Assembly (NCBI GenBank): GCA_001003605.1
Contig: LCPL01000001.1
Span: 7,976-71,975 of the forward strand
DNA from: Parcubacteria group bacterium GW2011_GWC2_48_17
GTDB lineage: Bacteria > Patescibacteriota > Minisyncoccia > Phycocordibacterales > UBA10002
DNA: 64,000 bases
Reading direction: 5' to 3'
Part shown: positions 1-9,247 of the stretch, piece by piece
How positions within the stretch are numbered: the stretch's first letter is position 1
How the letters are laid out: each line of letters begins with the position of its first letter
The notes under the pieces: generated by a model
The model's database searches: none
What the model was told of the DNA's origin: nothing
Seen by the model: only the letters and a program-made list of their open reading frames with translations
Program-made: the position numbers and the translations under genes

Positions 1-355
1 AAGAGTCCTTAACTAAATGAACCTGCCTTTCCTCATCTTCGTCCAGCCATTCATCAATAGCCACCATGTCTTTGAAATTTCTAGTGAGACGGTCTACTTT
101 CTCGAGGATGATTACCTTAATATTATGTTTCTCCACATAGTCCAGCATTTCAGTGAATTTCTTCCTCTGAGACTTTCCGCTCGCCGATTCAGAAATTGAG
201 AAAACATCACTCTTGGTAATAAGGAATCGTCTCTTGGGGTCCTCCGCATACTCCTTCAGGAATCTTCCTTGCGAAGGCAGAGAATATCCAGTTTCTTCCT
301 GGTCTTTTGAACTCACCCGCGCAAGTATTACGGCTTTGATTTTATTTTCGTTCAT
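1..355 (-). CDS. Serine recombinase (probably large serine integrase), N-terminal catalytic domain; runs off the window start
   Basis: Not in the ORF track. Manual translation from ATG at 355 gives MNENKIKAVILARVSSKDQEETGYSLPSQ...ISESASGKSQRKKFTEMLDY...IILEKVDRLTRN, containing the RVSS catalytic serine and DRLxR motifs. Confidence 0.9.
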   Translation of the reverse strand, partial: MNENKIKAVILARVSSKDQEETGYSLPSQGRFLKEYAEDPKRRFLITKSDVFSISESASGKSQRKKFTEMLDYVEKHNIKVIILEKVDRLTRNFKDMVAIDEWLDEDEERQVHLVKDS

Positions 356-393
356 ATTTTTATTTCTTAATTATAACTCATAACATCTATCTT

Positions 394-2925
394 TCAGAAA
401 GTCTCTGGATTCCAGAAATCATCTACTCTGTCGACTCCTTTGTCTGCTTTGGAACCCAAGAGCAAGGGCATGGGAGGATCCTTCTGTTTTGGTGCTGTCC
501 CTACGCTTGGGGACGGTACAACAGAGTCAACAGAGACAGTCTTTTTCCCGCCCTTTCTGATGTAGATCCTTTTTTGTTTTTGGGCCTCCCCGCGTTTAAT
601 GTGCATCCCCGTAACCGCGAGGTTAGTTTTTAATTCGTTTATTTTCTTCCCGAGTGCATTTGCCGTCTTTGGAAAATCAGGCTCCCGCTCAGGCTTGATG
701 TGTAGACCCTCTGCTACTTCAATAAGTGCATTCCGCAATTCTGTGGGCGTTCCTTCCCAATCTTCTCTGCCATCCATAAAGGTACGGAGGAGGACCGCTG
801 TTAGATTTTCAGCTAAGACCTCATCGTTCTGACTCGCGATGTTACTTCCATAGGCACTCAGAAACTCTTCCTTGGTGTATCCGAGTGCCTCCGCAATAGC
901 AGCGCCCCATCGCGTGAAGTCAGCCATTCGAGGCAGAGACGCTAATTCAATTGCAGGCTCTATCTGCATCGCCTTTTGCAGTACAGTGAAGATGCCCCCC
1001 AGTATGCTAGGCTGGTCCTTCTCGAATTCAGCGAGCAGGGCTTTCTCAGATTTTCTGTCTTCCTCACTGATTCGCTCCAATTCAAGCAGGATGCCTCGTT
1101 CCAGAATATCAGGTCTCGTCGCCACCTGATTGATACCGTTTAGGATTAGGACACGGCGGAAAGCGTATATGATGTCGTCATCATCAGTAAAGAGTTCACG
1201 CTTCGAGAAGCCATCCCCCGTAACCGCTTTACAAAGCGCATCGGAATCTCGGCCAGAAATACGAGATATATTGTCAAATACAATGCACCAGTGGTGGTCG
1301 AATATCTGAACCAACTCATTTTGGTCTCTCGGAAATCCTATCGTTTCGACTTCGGAGGGGTCTCCAATCTTCTTTAATAATCGGCAAAAGAATGTCTTCG
1401 ATGCTCCTTGAGCTCCATAAACAATCAGAATAGGATGAGGAATATTTGGAATAAAAGACGCGACTAACCACACCAGCAACAGAAGCCGATGCTTTCTATC
1501 AGCAACATTTAGATATTTGAGTAGAAGGGTTATATCTCCATCTTGAACGGGTTGACATTGCGCCTTTTGGTGGGAATAACGTCGAAAAAGAATAGGCGGA
1601 TTTGCGACAATCTCCCAGCTCGCCTTTGTAATTTTTACTGCACGCCATTCCGTGTCGGCGAGGTCATACCATATCGCGCCCTCGTGTTCCGTCAGTCGAT
1701 TCCACAGTTTGATTAAGGGACCGTCAAAATATGCCTTTCCTTCAAGGACCGTCAAGGCAGTTTTGAGAGCTTCGGTGTTCGGTGCTTTATGTCGAAGTTG
1801 CCAAAAGCGTCGGGCCAACCACCGCCGACACATTTTTGAACGACACGACCATACTTCCCGATGCGACCCCACAGTGAGCTGAAGGAAAGGATATTTATAC
1901 TGATTGTGGAAGAGGACAACTTTAGTCTCAGGGTCTTCAAGCACCATACGCACGATTACGTCGCTTTGAGATTCATGCGGTACTGCGACCTTCGTACCTT
2001 CTTCCGACTGTTTGCTTCCATATCCCTTATTTGCCAACTCTCTCGCAGCGCTTTTGAAGTCAGCCTTATGATTCAAGATGGCATACGCCGAGAACTTGGT
2101 ATAGCTTCTATCTGGCTCAAAGGGTGTACTCGATGAAAAGACATGAAGCAGACCGTTGCCATTGTAGTTTTCGGTCGCCGATATTCCGCCTTCTATCTTG
2201 CCAGGCCGCTTCCAGTATCTTTTCTCCCCGCATTGCCGTTCAATCTTCCAGCCAAGAGGTGCCAGTATCTCTTCCCAAGTGGCCCTAGTGTTGTAGTCAT
2301 CTCCAGGCCGATTAGAGTCAGGAAGTTGCGGCTTAGGATTGAATATCTTTTGTTCCTCTACTATCTCGTTAAGTACACGGGCAGTGTCCCAGAGTGATTT
2401 TCGTTGTTCTGGAGTAATTTCAGGTATATGCTCGAGGGACCCATTCAAGTGCTCATAGCCCTCTGTAGGCGGCTCTACAATGAATCCTCCTTCACCTCTC
2501 GTTTCTATGACTGCTTTTTTCTCCCCGCTTTCATCGAGACATCTCGCTAACGGGGTATTTCTCCCAATCTCCTTACTTCGATAGAGAAGGTGATATCCGT
2601 TGTTGATAGTTTTGGATAGAGGGAGGGTTTTTAAAAGCTCTAGGGCTTCCGCTGGCAGCAGTGATTTCCACGCTTCAAAAAACCCTTTCCTGACTTTCTC
2701 GTCAAAGTCTATGACCTCAAGATTCCCACTCACTCTTCCGCAGACAATTCCCCAACGCTTCTTGTTGGTCCAACTTGAGATCTCCGACTCATTAGGTAGT
2801 CGGCTTTGGTATTGCTTCCACCCATCACCATGATGCTTTTCACCGTCTACTAGCGGGAGCAAGCAGAGCCCGCAGGAGTTGATTAACTTCCGAACATACT
2901 GAATTATTTTAGGTTGTTCATCCAT
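394..2925 (-). CDS. Bifunctional DNA primase/polymerase fused to a P-loop helicase/ATPase
   Basis: N-terminal Prim-Pol motifs (WGIVCGRVSGNLEVIDFD, GYHLLY, IETRGEGGFIV). C-terminal Walker A GAQGASKT and Walker B CIVFDN. Likely start is ATG 2925. Confidence 0.85.
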   Translation of the reverse strand: MDEQPKIIQYVRKLINSCGLCLLPLVDGEKHHGDGWKQYQSRLPNESEISSWTNKKRWGIVCGRVSGNLEVIDFDEKVRKGFFEAWKSLLPAEALELLKTLPLSKTINNGYHLLYRSKEIGRNTPLARCLDESGEKKAVIETRGEGGFIVEPPTEGYEHLNGSLEHIPEITPEQRKSLWDTARVLNEIVEEQKIFNPKPQLPDSNRPGDDYNTRATWEEILAPLGWKIERQCGEKRYWKRPGKIEGGISATENYNGNGLLHVFSSSTPFEPDRSYTKFSAYAILNHKADFKSAARELANKGYGSKQSEEGTKVAVPHESQSDVIVRMVLEDPETKVVLFHNQYKYPFLQLTVGSHREVWSCRSKMCRRWLARRFWQLRHKAPNTEALKTALTVLEGKAYFDGPLIKLWNRLTEHEGAIWYDLADTEWRAVKITKASWEIVANPPILFRRYSHQKAQCQPVQDGDITLLLKYLNVADRKHRLLLLVWLVASFIPNIPHPILIVYGAQGASKTFFCRLLKKIGDPSEVETIGFPRDQNELVQIFDHHWCIVFDNISRISGRDSDALCKAVTGDGFSKRELFTDDDDIIYAFRRVLILNGINQVATRPDILERGILLELERISEEDRKSEKALLAEFEKDQPSILGGIFTVLQKAMQIEPAIELASLPRMADFTRWGAAIAEALGYTKEEFLSAYGSNIASQNDEVLAENLTAVLLRTFMDGREDWEGTPTELRNALIEVAEGLHIKPEREPDFPKTANALGKKINELKTNLAVTGMHIKRGEAQKQKRIYIRKGGKKTVSVDSVVPSPSVGTAPKQKDPPMPLLLGSKADKGVDRVDDFWNPETF

Positions 2926-3073
2926 GACTTTCTCTATATTTAATTTTCGCGAGTAAGTCGAAGTACCTGACGAGTGTATTCGCAATCTCGGCGGCTTGGT
3001 CGTACGTCAGTTCACGCCCATAGTCCGTGGCGATAATCTGTCGTAGCTCTTCGATTTTCGTCGCGCTTAACAT
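2918..3073 (-). CDS. Small 51-aa helical protein, translationally coupled to the primase gene
   Basis: Manual translation MLSATKIEELRQIIATDYGRELTYDQAAEIANTLVRYFDLLAKIKYRESHG*. Its stop overlaps the primase start (ATGGATGA). Confidence 0.7.
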   Translation of the reverse strand: MLSATKIEELRQIIATDYGRELTYDQAAEIANTLVRYFDLLAKIKYRESHG

Positions 3074-3323
3074 AAATACTTCCGTGCGCGTTACTCCTTA
3101 TTTTTCTAAGCGACTGCTCGACTGCAGCCGTGGAGTTCATTTGGCTTCAACAAATTTTGGAAATCAATACCCCATAGAAAATAACAGAACGGCCATGTTG
3201 AGCCGTTCTGTCTCTACCTTCTTATGAAGTTCGATTTACAATTCTGGAAAAGAAATACAGATACCTATATTTAGAGCCATCAAAGAAATCCAGAATTGAG
3301 AGATTCTGGAAAATTTGACTATC

Positions 3324-4010
3324 CTACATTTTCATTCTGTAACCCCTTCCTCGAATGCTCTCGATTATTTCAGGGTGATTTGCTGGCCCCATAGCTATCT
3401 CCAGTTTCTTCCGCACTTCGTTCACAGCTGATCTAACGGCATCCTTTTGAGTTTCAGTAATGGTTCTATGTTCTCCATGGTGCAATATCGCTGTTCGTCC
3501 GAGGCGGTGTATGTTCTCTATGGAAGCGTGAAGTTCTTCGAAAGATACGACCTCCCCCCACTCTCTTAAAAGCCGACGAAGTATAGCCAGTTCGTTTCCT
3601 CCAGCAGGAGTAGCGGTGTTTTTTTCGCAGTAGGTTAGGACAGTGCTGTTGTTCTCGCCTCGTCCTTCACCGAATAGACTTCTTGGTCCGCCGAGATATT
3701 CTACAAAATACTTTCTAAGTAACGCTGTTGTATATCCACGGATCTCAACATGGCCGTCATTTGTCTCCCATGTCAGTTCTGTGGGTGGTATATCATTGCC
3801 CCCAACTAATGTCCCTCTTATTTCCCTAAGCATGCGAATAGCATGCTGTTCAGGGGTTTGATGCGCATCAAAAGTCGGGTTTGTATTGGCCGTGATAATA
3901 GATAAGTCAAAGTCTATAGGAGCATGATATCCGTCAATCTCACGAACTCTCTTCTCGATAAGTTTTCGAGTGAACCACTTTAATTGTTCTTGGAGTATTT
4001 CGCTTACCAT
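3324..4010 (-). CDS. Protein with C-terminal OmpR/PhoB-type winged-helix DNA-binding domain
   Basis: C-terminus VRSAVNEVRKKL...IIESIRGRGYRM is typical of Trans_reg_C. No receiver domain is evident. Confidence 0.65.
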   Translation of the reverse strand: MVSEILQEQLKWFTRKLIEKRVREIDGYHAPIDFDLSIITANTNPTFDAHQTPEQHAIRMLREIRGTLVGGNDIPPTELTWETNDGHVEIRGYTTALLRKYFVEYLGGPRSLFGEGRGENNSTVLTYCEKNTATPAGGNELAILRRLLREWGEVVSFEELHASIENIHRLGRTAILHHGEHRTITETQKDAVRSAVNEVRKKLEIAMGPANHPEIIESIRGRGYRMKM

Positions 4011-4042
4011 GCTTCATTCATTTAAGGTGCCGCGTTCTAATA

Positions 4043-6073
4043 CTAAGAACTAGAGATAATCTGCATCAGCCACTCTATAGATGCCTCTCCCTGCTTTTTC
4101 TCGACACGGTTCATCTCTCGGCCGTGCACGAGGGCGTTTCGATATTCCTTTATGTTAAGGAAATGTTTTTGCACCTCGCCTGTAGAGCCGAAGTCCTCCT
4201 CGAATATCTCCCAGTTCTTTCCGATGATGCCGTTGTAGTCCATGATGTCACAGAAGCCGAGCCGATCAATATTCGTTAATACGCTCTCTTTCTCGTATGG
4301 ATGTCGCTTCATTCTCTCCTCTATTTTTTTCGCGACTCGATCTTGAATGTCTGAAGGTACATGTGTCCAGTAATCTGGACCGAAATCCAACGCTAGCTTG
4401 TCGTTGAGATACATACGAGTCAGTTTTTCGAGCTCGTCCACCACTTTCGTTGGTGCATCTTGCATCTTTGTTTCTAAAGCCGCATGGTCTCCTATGACAC
4501 GTTCAATATGACTGAAAATCAAATTGGCACGGTCTTGAATAAAACGATCATAATCATCGGTCCAGATTGCCGCGTCCTCCTCTGAGGGAATAAGGTGCGA
4601 CTGCATAATTTCCTGAAATACAGGGTTGCCTGCTCTATACTCACTCAAATAGTCCGAGGGACCGCGCTTGCTTATCTCCCGATTCAATTCTCCAGGTATG
4701 AACGCGAAATTCATCAGCAAGTGCCGATGCTTGACCTCCTTGCTTCGTAAAAACGCTTTCGGAAATATGTGATGCTTTTCACTATGGTTGTAGTCGGAGC
4801 ACAATTGATCATCTAAGGTGATGGGTGTACCTGTCCTAAAATGACGTGGCTGTTGCAACGAGAGCAAACACAAAATCGCGCTCTTAACCGCCGAACGTGT
4901 ATAGTTCATCAAACGGGCAATATCTGTCGCCTGTATGTTAATAGGAAAGTTCATTTGGGGAGGGCTACTGTGCATTGCTGGGGTAAAATAATCCACCGCA
5001 TCAAGACCCATCACAGTCGGAGTGGAAGCACCATATCGTTCCGAAAAAGCGGAGCGCCAAAACCAATCTTGAATGAATTTCGCCTGTGTTACATTTAAAG
5101 ACCGAGAAGGTACTTTAGCGTACATATAAGCCACCAGAGCGATCATGGAAGGGTACGGAATGAAGTCATAGATGCGAACCCCGAGGTGGCTCCGCAGAAA
5201 ATCAATCGCAGCGCGGATAGCATCACTCACCTCCTGCCAGTGCTGTTTTATTTCCTGATTAGTCAGTTGTATTTGGTACGACTTGGTGCAACCGTTTTTT
5301 ACTACCAATGCCAAAGCTTGTGCCACTACTTCTTCGGCAATCCTGCCGAAGCCCGATTCCTCCAGAGTGGAATTGAGTTCCTTTGTCTTTTCTTTCAGGT
5401 CGAAGTCCTCACTCCACGTATTTGCGACTACTAAATCAAACAGGCCGAGCCGCTTCCCTCCTTGATTGATTCGTTCAAAAATCGTAATCGCATCGTCCAA
5501 GTGCTTGCCCTTTACCTCAACGATGGACATCGGATAGTTATTAAGCGCAGTCTTGCACTTCTTAAACACCCGCCGTTTCTCGGGAGTCAGCGAGTCATAT
5601 ATCTCATCTTCGCCTTCTTGGGCGAAAAAGCGCCAGAGCGAAATTGTCTTCTGTTTGTCCTCCTTTCGCTTCACGCTCTCGAATTTTTCAGTTTCCAAAT
5701 CGAAGCAGATCTTACGGTAGTCTTTGTCCCTTCCATTTTTTGAAGGTAGGGAAAGTCCCTTTGCGGTTACATAAAGAGAGGTGATTCTCTGTTGCCCATC
5801 CAGTATCATTTTTATCTGGTCATAGTTCTCGGGAGTGGGTAATTTCAGTTCTGGTATATCGCGGTAGTGGTCCCGATATTCCTGCGGGGTAATCCAGTAG
5901 AAGAAGCTTCCTATAGGGAACCCTTTATAGATGCTGTCGAAGAGCTTGGCAACCCGCGTCGCCTCCCAAACATAATCACGCTGAAAACGCGGGATTCGCA
6001 ATACGCCTCGTCCCATTTCTGACATAACATCATTTAATGTGCGCGGACGCACCTCTATGGGAGACTCATCCAT
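4043..6073 (-). CDS. GmrSD-like (DUF262 + HNH-type) type IV restriction protein with C-terminal Swt1-like HEPN domain
   Basis: IPRFQRDYVW and LDGQQRITSL (DUF262); FERINQGG; HHIFPK...N...N (HNH-like); C-terminal YRNALVH RxxxxH motif. Confidence 0.8.
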   Translation of the reverse strand: MDESPIEVRPRTLNDVMSEMGRGVLRIPRFQRDYVWEATRVAKLFDSIYKGFPIGSFFYWITPQEYRDHYRDIPELKLPTPENYDQIKMILDGQQRITSLYVTAKGLSLPSKNGRDKDYRKICFDLETEKFESVKRKEDKQKTISLWRFFAQEGEDEIYDSLTPEKRRVFKKCKTALNNYPMSIVEVKGKHLDDAITIFERINQGGKRLGLFDLVVANTWSEDFDLKEKTKELNSTLEESGFGRIAEEVVAQALALVVKNGCTKSYQIQLTNQEIKQHWQEVSDAIRAAIDFLRSHLGVRIYDFIPYPSMIALVAYMYAKVPSRSLNVTQAKFIQDWFWRSAFSERYGASTPTVMGLDAVDYFTPAMHSSPPQMNFPINIQATDIARLMNYTRSAVKSAILCLLSLQQPRHFRTGTPITLDDQLCSDYNHSEKHHIFPKAFLRSKEVKHRHLLMNFAFIPGELNREISKRGPSDYLSEYRAGNPVFQEIMQSHLIPSEEDAAIWTDDYDRFIQDRANLIFSHIERVIGDHAALETKMQDAPTKVVDELEKLTRMYLNDKLALDFGPDYWTHVPSDIQDRVAKKIEERMKRHPYEKESVLTNIDRLGFCDIMDYNGIIGKNWEIFEEDFGSTGEVQKHFLNIKEYRNALVHGREMNRVEKKQGEASIEWLMQIISSS

Positions 6074-6126
6074 ACACGAAATTTAAGCATAAAGCAGCAA
6101 CTTCTCCAACACCGACGAGCGGGACA

Positions 6127-6167
6127 ACAAAAACGGCAGGGACCACATTGGATCCCCGCCGTTTTGT
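6127..6167. terminator. Stem-loop between the annealing-protein gene and the GmrSD gene
   Basis: acaaaaacggcaggga...tccccgccgttttgt inverted repeat just after the stop at 6183. Confidence 0.55.
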
Positions 6168-6182
6168 GCTGCCGATATTCAG

Positions 6183-6911
6183 TTATCGTCCTACCATCGC
6201 GAGCATTCCCTTAATCGCCTCGCTACAGTCACTCCTACTCAAGGACTCAATATTTGCCATGTACTGCTCCTTCTCTGCACCCTCGTCCAAGTTCTGCATG
6301 GCGAGGTCACGGAGGTATGAGATTTGCCTCTCGGAAGCAGGTACTGGTTCCATCTCTGCGCCCTCCTCTGATTCTTCGTTCCCCGAGCGTTCATAGGGGT
6401 AATGAGGGTCATCAGCAACGCTTGCTTCCTCGATTGCTGTATGCGACTGAATTGCGAATTCTGGCATAGATTCGAGGTCTTGAGTGAAGATGTCTGAAAG
6501 CCCCGTGGTGCGTATCACTGCATCAATGAATGAGGACTTTTGGGCCATCTTGATTGTCTTATTGATGTCCCCGCCATTTGATTTGGCGACTGCCGCTCCT
6601 CGCCCTTGTCCAACAATATTGTCTCCGCGTTTCAAGGTGCAGACATAGGCAACGACACCTTCTGTCTTCCCGAATGACTCCAAAGTCTCAGAATCCTTGT
6701 GGAAAATTGCCGTAAGTCCATAGACTGACAATAACTTTTCCGCACCGCCTTTCGAGAGGGAGCGTCTTCCTTTGATAACATAGAAGTCGGCGTTTACGGC
6801 CAGTATTGGCAGAACTCTTGAGATGAAGTAACTGCGGCGGTTGATAAGATCATCAACACCCGCTCGGAATTCTGTTATGCCGCCTGTGGCGGTTGCGATT
6901 TCGGTTGTCAT
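6183..6911 (-). CDS. Phage-type protein, putative single-strand annealing (Rad52/Erf-like) protein
   Basis: SLSKGGAEKL and NKTIKMAQKSSFIDAV...FTQDLE motifs, then an acidic linker and a small C-terminal ASERQISYL domain. This layout resembles SSAPs. Confidence 0.5.
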   Translation of the reverse strand: MTTEIATATGGITEFRAGVDDLINRRSYFISRVLPILAVNADFYVIKGRRSLSKGGAEKLLSVYGLTAIFHKDSETLESFGKTEGVVAYVCTLKRGDNIVGQGRGAAVAKSNGGDINKTIKMAQKSSFIDAVIRTTGLSDIFTQDLESMPEFAIQSHTAIEEASVADDPHYPYERSGNEESEEGAEMEPVPASERQISYLRDLAMQNLDEGAEKEQYMANIESLSRSDCSEAIKGMLAMVGR

Positions 6912-6933
6912 GATTAAGATATTAATTTGATAA

Positions 6934-7239
6934 TTACCTTCGGATTGTTTGACAAATTTGGTAAAGGTAAACCACTCTCGGCTTGCGTTTGGTCGTCTTC
7001 CTTCCGTTCTCCACTACGGGGACGAGCGTAACCCCCCGAAGAGCTTGTTCACCCAGAATAATTTTGCGGTTATGCAGGAACCACCATTGCAGGGTGTTCT
7101 TTACATCCGTTTCGGGATTAAACTCACGGGCGGTATCTTTACCGAAGCGCCAACGCACTTGCGCCCGTAGAAACCAAACAGCCGCCCTGTGTTGCGTGTA
7201 CGCTGACGCTGGAGGACCCAGCCATTTCGAGATGCTCAT
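6934..7239 (-). CDS. ArdC N-terminal-like ssDNA-binding protein, divergent paralog
   Basis: Aligns by eye with 7317-7640 (SAYT, RAQV..RFGK..A.E..P, GE.ALR.VT, PR.VYL). Confidence 0.6.
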   Translation of the reverse strand: MSISKWLGPPASAYTQHRAAVWFLRAQVRWRFGKDTAREFNPETDVKNTLQWWFLHNRKIILGEQALRGVTLVPVVENGRKTTKRKPRVVYLYQICQTIRR

Positions 7240-7316
7240 GGGTTAATGACTTACGAATAATCACGACGCCGTTTTGATATCGGTAGCGTAAGACACTGTC
7301 ATCATTCTGATTTTTG

Positions 7317-7640
7317 TCATGGCTGGACGAACCTCGGACCATTGACTTGGAGGAAGTAAAAAAGATACACAGTTCTCGGTATCTTTTTAATCACTTCTCC
7401 TTTCTCATCTTTCATCTCGATATAAGTGACAGAGCGAAGAGCTTTTTCACCTGGCTTTATCCGATAGCCCATTGAACTCCACTTTGCAAAGGTGAAGCAG
7501 TTGGTATAAGGGTCATACTCCATTGCCGCTTTCTTTCCGAATCGCTCCACGATTTGCGCTCTGACGGACTCCCGTGTCGTAGGCGAGCCTGTGTAGGCCG
7601 ACACTGAAGCATCATTGATTACTTGGCTTATGCTGTTCAT
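7317..7640 (-). CDS. ArdC N-terminal-like (DUF1738-type) ssDNA-binding / anti-restriction protein
   Basis: TFAKWSSMGYRIKPGEKA and VYLF...QV match the ArdC-N pattern TFxQWxxxGxxVKKGEKA...VFxxxQ. Confidence 0.7.
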   Translation of the reverse strand: MNSISQVINDASVSAYTGSPTTRESVRAQIVERFGKKAAMEYDPYTNCFTFAKWSSMGYRIKPGEKALRSVTYIEMKDEKGEVIKKIPRTVYLFYFLQVNGPRFVQP

Positions 7641-7911
7641 AAATGTAAGGCATGTTTAATAACCGCGTCCGACTAAGTGCGGAAGAAGTTTGTTTTATTA
7701 AATTACTTCCTCACTAATTTAGTTTTATTTTAGGAGTGGGTATGGGAGTTGTCTTTCAAAAAGTACCGACTTGGATTGGGGTGGTGGGTATGGGGAGTGC
7801 GTACGGTTTTTCTTCGGTTTCAAAGATGAACCGCTCACAAAAAATTTCTAAAAAATCTAGAACTTCTTGCGTACTTCCCAAAATCAGAACAGAGGTATAT
7901 TATTCACTTGA

Positions 7912-8090
7912 TAACTGAATATTCCGCCCGCAAGGGCATAGCCTAAACCGCTCGATTCATTTCAAAGCGGCACGGCTCCTAATCCCATGGAAGATTCTGA
8001 ACCCCACGTTCAGCGCTCTTCCATGGGTATATCTCCGAAAGGAGGTATGGAGCCGCAAGGCTCTGCTGGCGTGGGGCTCAGTGTTTATCC
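7912..8090 (+). ncRNA. Candidate highly structured RNA or ssDNA element
   Basis: Three GNRA-capped hairpins, an 11-bp stem cccatggaaga/tcttccatggg, and loop sequence ccccacg complementary to downstream cgtgggg. Confidence 0.5.
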
Positions 8091-8379
8091 CTCTCCACGC
8101 CAGCCGTTATCGGCTGTTTTTTGTTTGAGTAGTTCATTGACGGCAGCAGGTTTCGAGAAGTAACGCAATGTTTCTGCAGGAATTTGCGTCCCACTCTCGT
8201 TGTGCGGAAGTGCTTCAAAAACACTTTTTATATGGTCGCCGTTTGCTGAGAAATCGGCAAAATCATCATAGGCACAAACAAAAAAACAAACACAGGTAGC
8301 CACTTTCTGGCTTCTACTTTTTAAAGGGGCGAATGCCCGCCTGCTGCCGTCAGTGAATTATTAAATTATTAAAAGATTT

Positions 8380-9198
8380 ATGAAAAACATAAATTGGAGA
8401 ATGATTTCAGTGCTTATCATCGGCATTTTTGTAGGCGCTCTTGTTACAGGCATGGTGCCCGTAAGTAGTGCGAGTTCAGGAGAAATAACTGTGTGCGTGA
8501 GAAAAGATGGGGCAATGCACATGATTGGAGAAAACTTCGCGCGCTCCAGCTGCAGGAAAGGCGAACAGTTAATCTCGTTTAATGCGCAGGGCCAGGTCGG
8601 CCAGCAAGGACCGCAAGGTGTCGCTGGTAAAGACGGCGCAACAATTCCTTGTGTTCACACAGAGGGCAATGATGTGTATTTTGATGGGTGCAACGTTCAT
8701 GTTCGTGATGGCAGTGGCGATACATTTGGTGCGACAAATGGACTCGGCAATCTCATTATCGGTTACAACGAAGATACAGGCGGTCCTCACGACCGAACAG
8801 GCTCTCATAACTTAGTCATTGGTCCTTATCACACTTTTAGCTCCTTTGGAGGAATTGTTGCTGGCCAATTCAATACCATAAGCGCAGGTAGTGCTTCTGT
8901 TTTAGGGGGAGTAGGCAATGTGGCGAACGGAGTCCAATCAGTCATTTCTGGAGGGAGCGGCAACATTTCTAAAGGAAATAGTTCATCTGTGAGTGGGGGT
9001 ACTTTCAACACTGCGAGCGGAGATAATTCATCCGTCAGCGGCGGCAAATACAATGAAACAAGCGGCAATGCTTCTTCAATAAGCGGCGGAGATCATAACA
9101 CCGCTACGGCCAACCAATCTTCGGTGAGCGGCGGGCGTGAGAGAACCGCAACGGGGTTTTTTAACTGGGCAGCTGGCGCGCTATTCCAGGCAAACTAA
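8380..9198 (+). CDS. Secreted/surface protein with short collagen-like segment and SVSGGxxNxAxG beta-helix repeats
   Basis: N-terminal signal/TM segment, GQVGQQGPQGVAGKDG, and about seven 14-aa repeats resembling adhesin or fibre heads. Confidence 0.7.
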   Translation: MKNINWRMISVLIIGIFVGALVTGMVPVSSASSGEITVCVRKDGAMHMIGENFARSSCRKGEQLISFNAQGQVGQQGPQGVAGKDGATIPCVHTEGNDVYFDGCNVHVRDGSGDTFGATNGLGNLIIGYNEDTGGPHDRTGSHNLVIGPYHTFSSFGGIVAGQFNTISAGSASVLGGVGNVANGVQSVISGGSGNISKGNSSSVSGGTFNTASGDNSSVSGGKYNETSGNASSISGGDHNTATANQSSVSGGRERTATGFFNWAAGALFQAN

Positions 9199-9247
9199 TT
9201 CACGATGCAACTATGAAAATGGTGCTTTACTCGTAGCGGCTTTTTGT

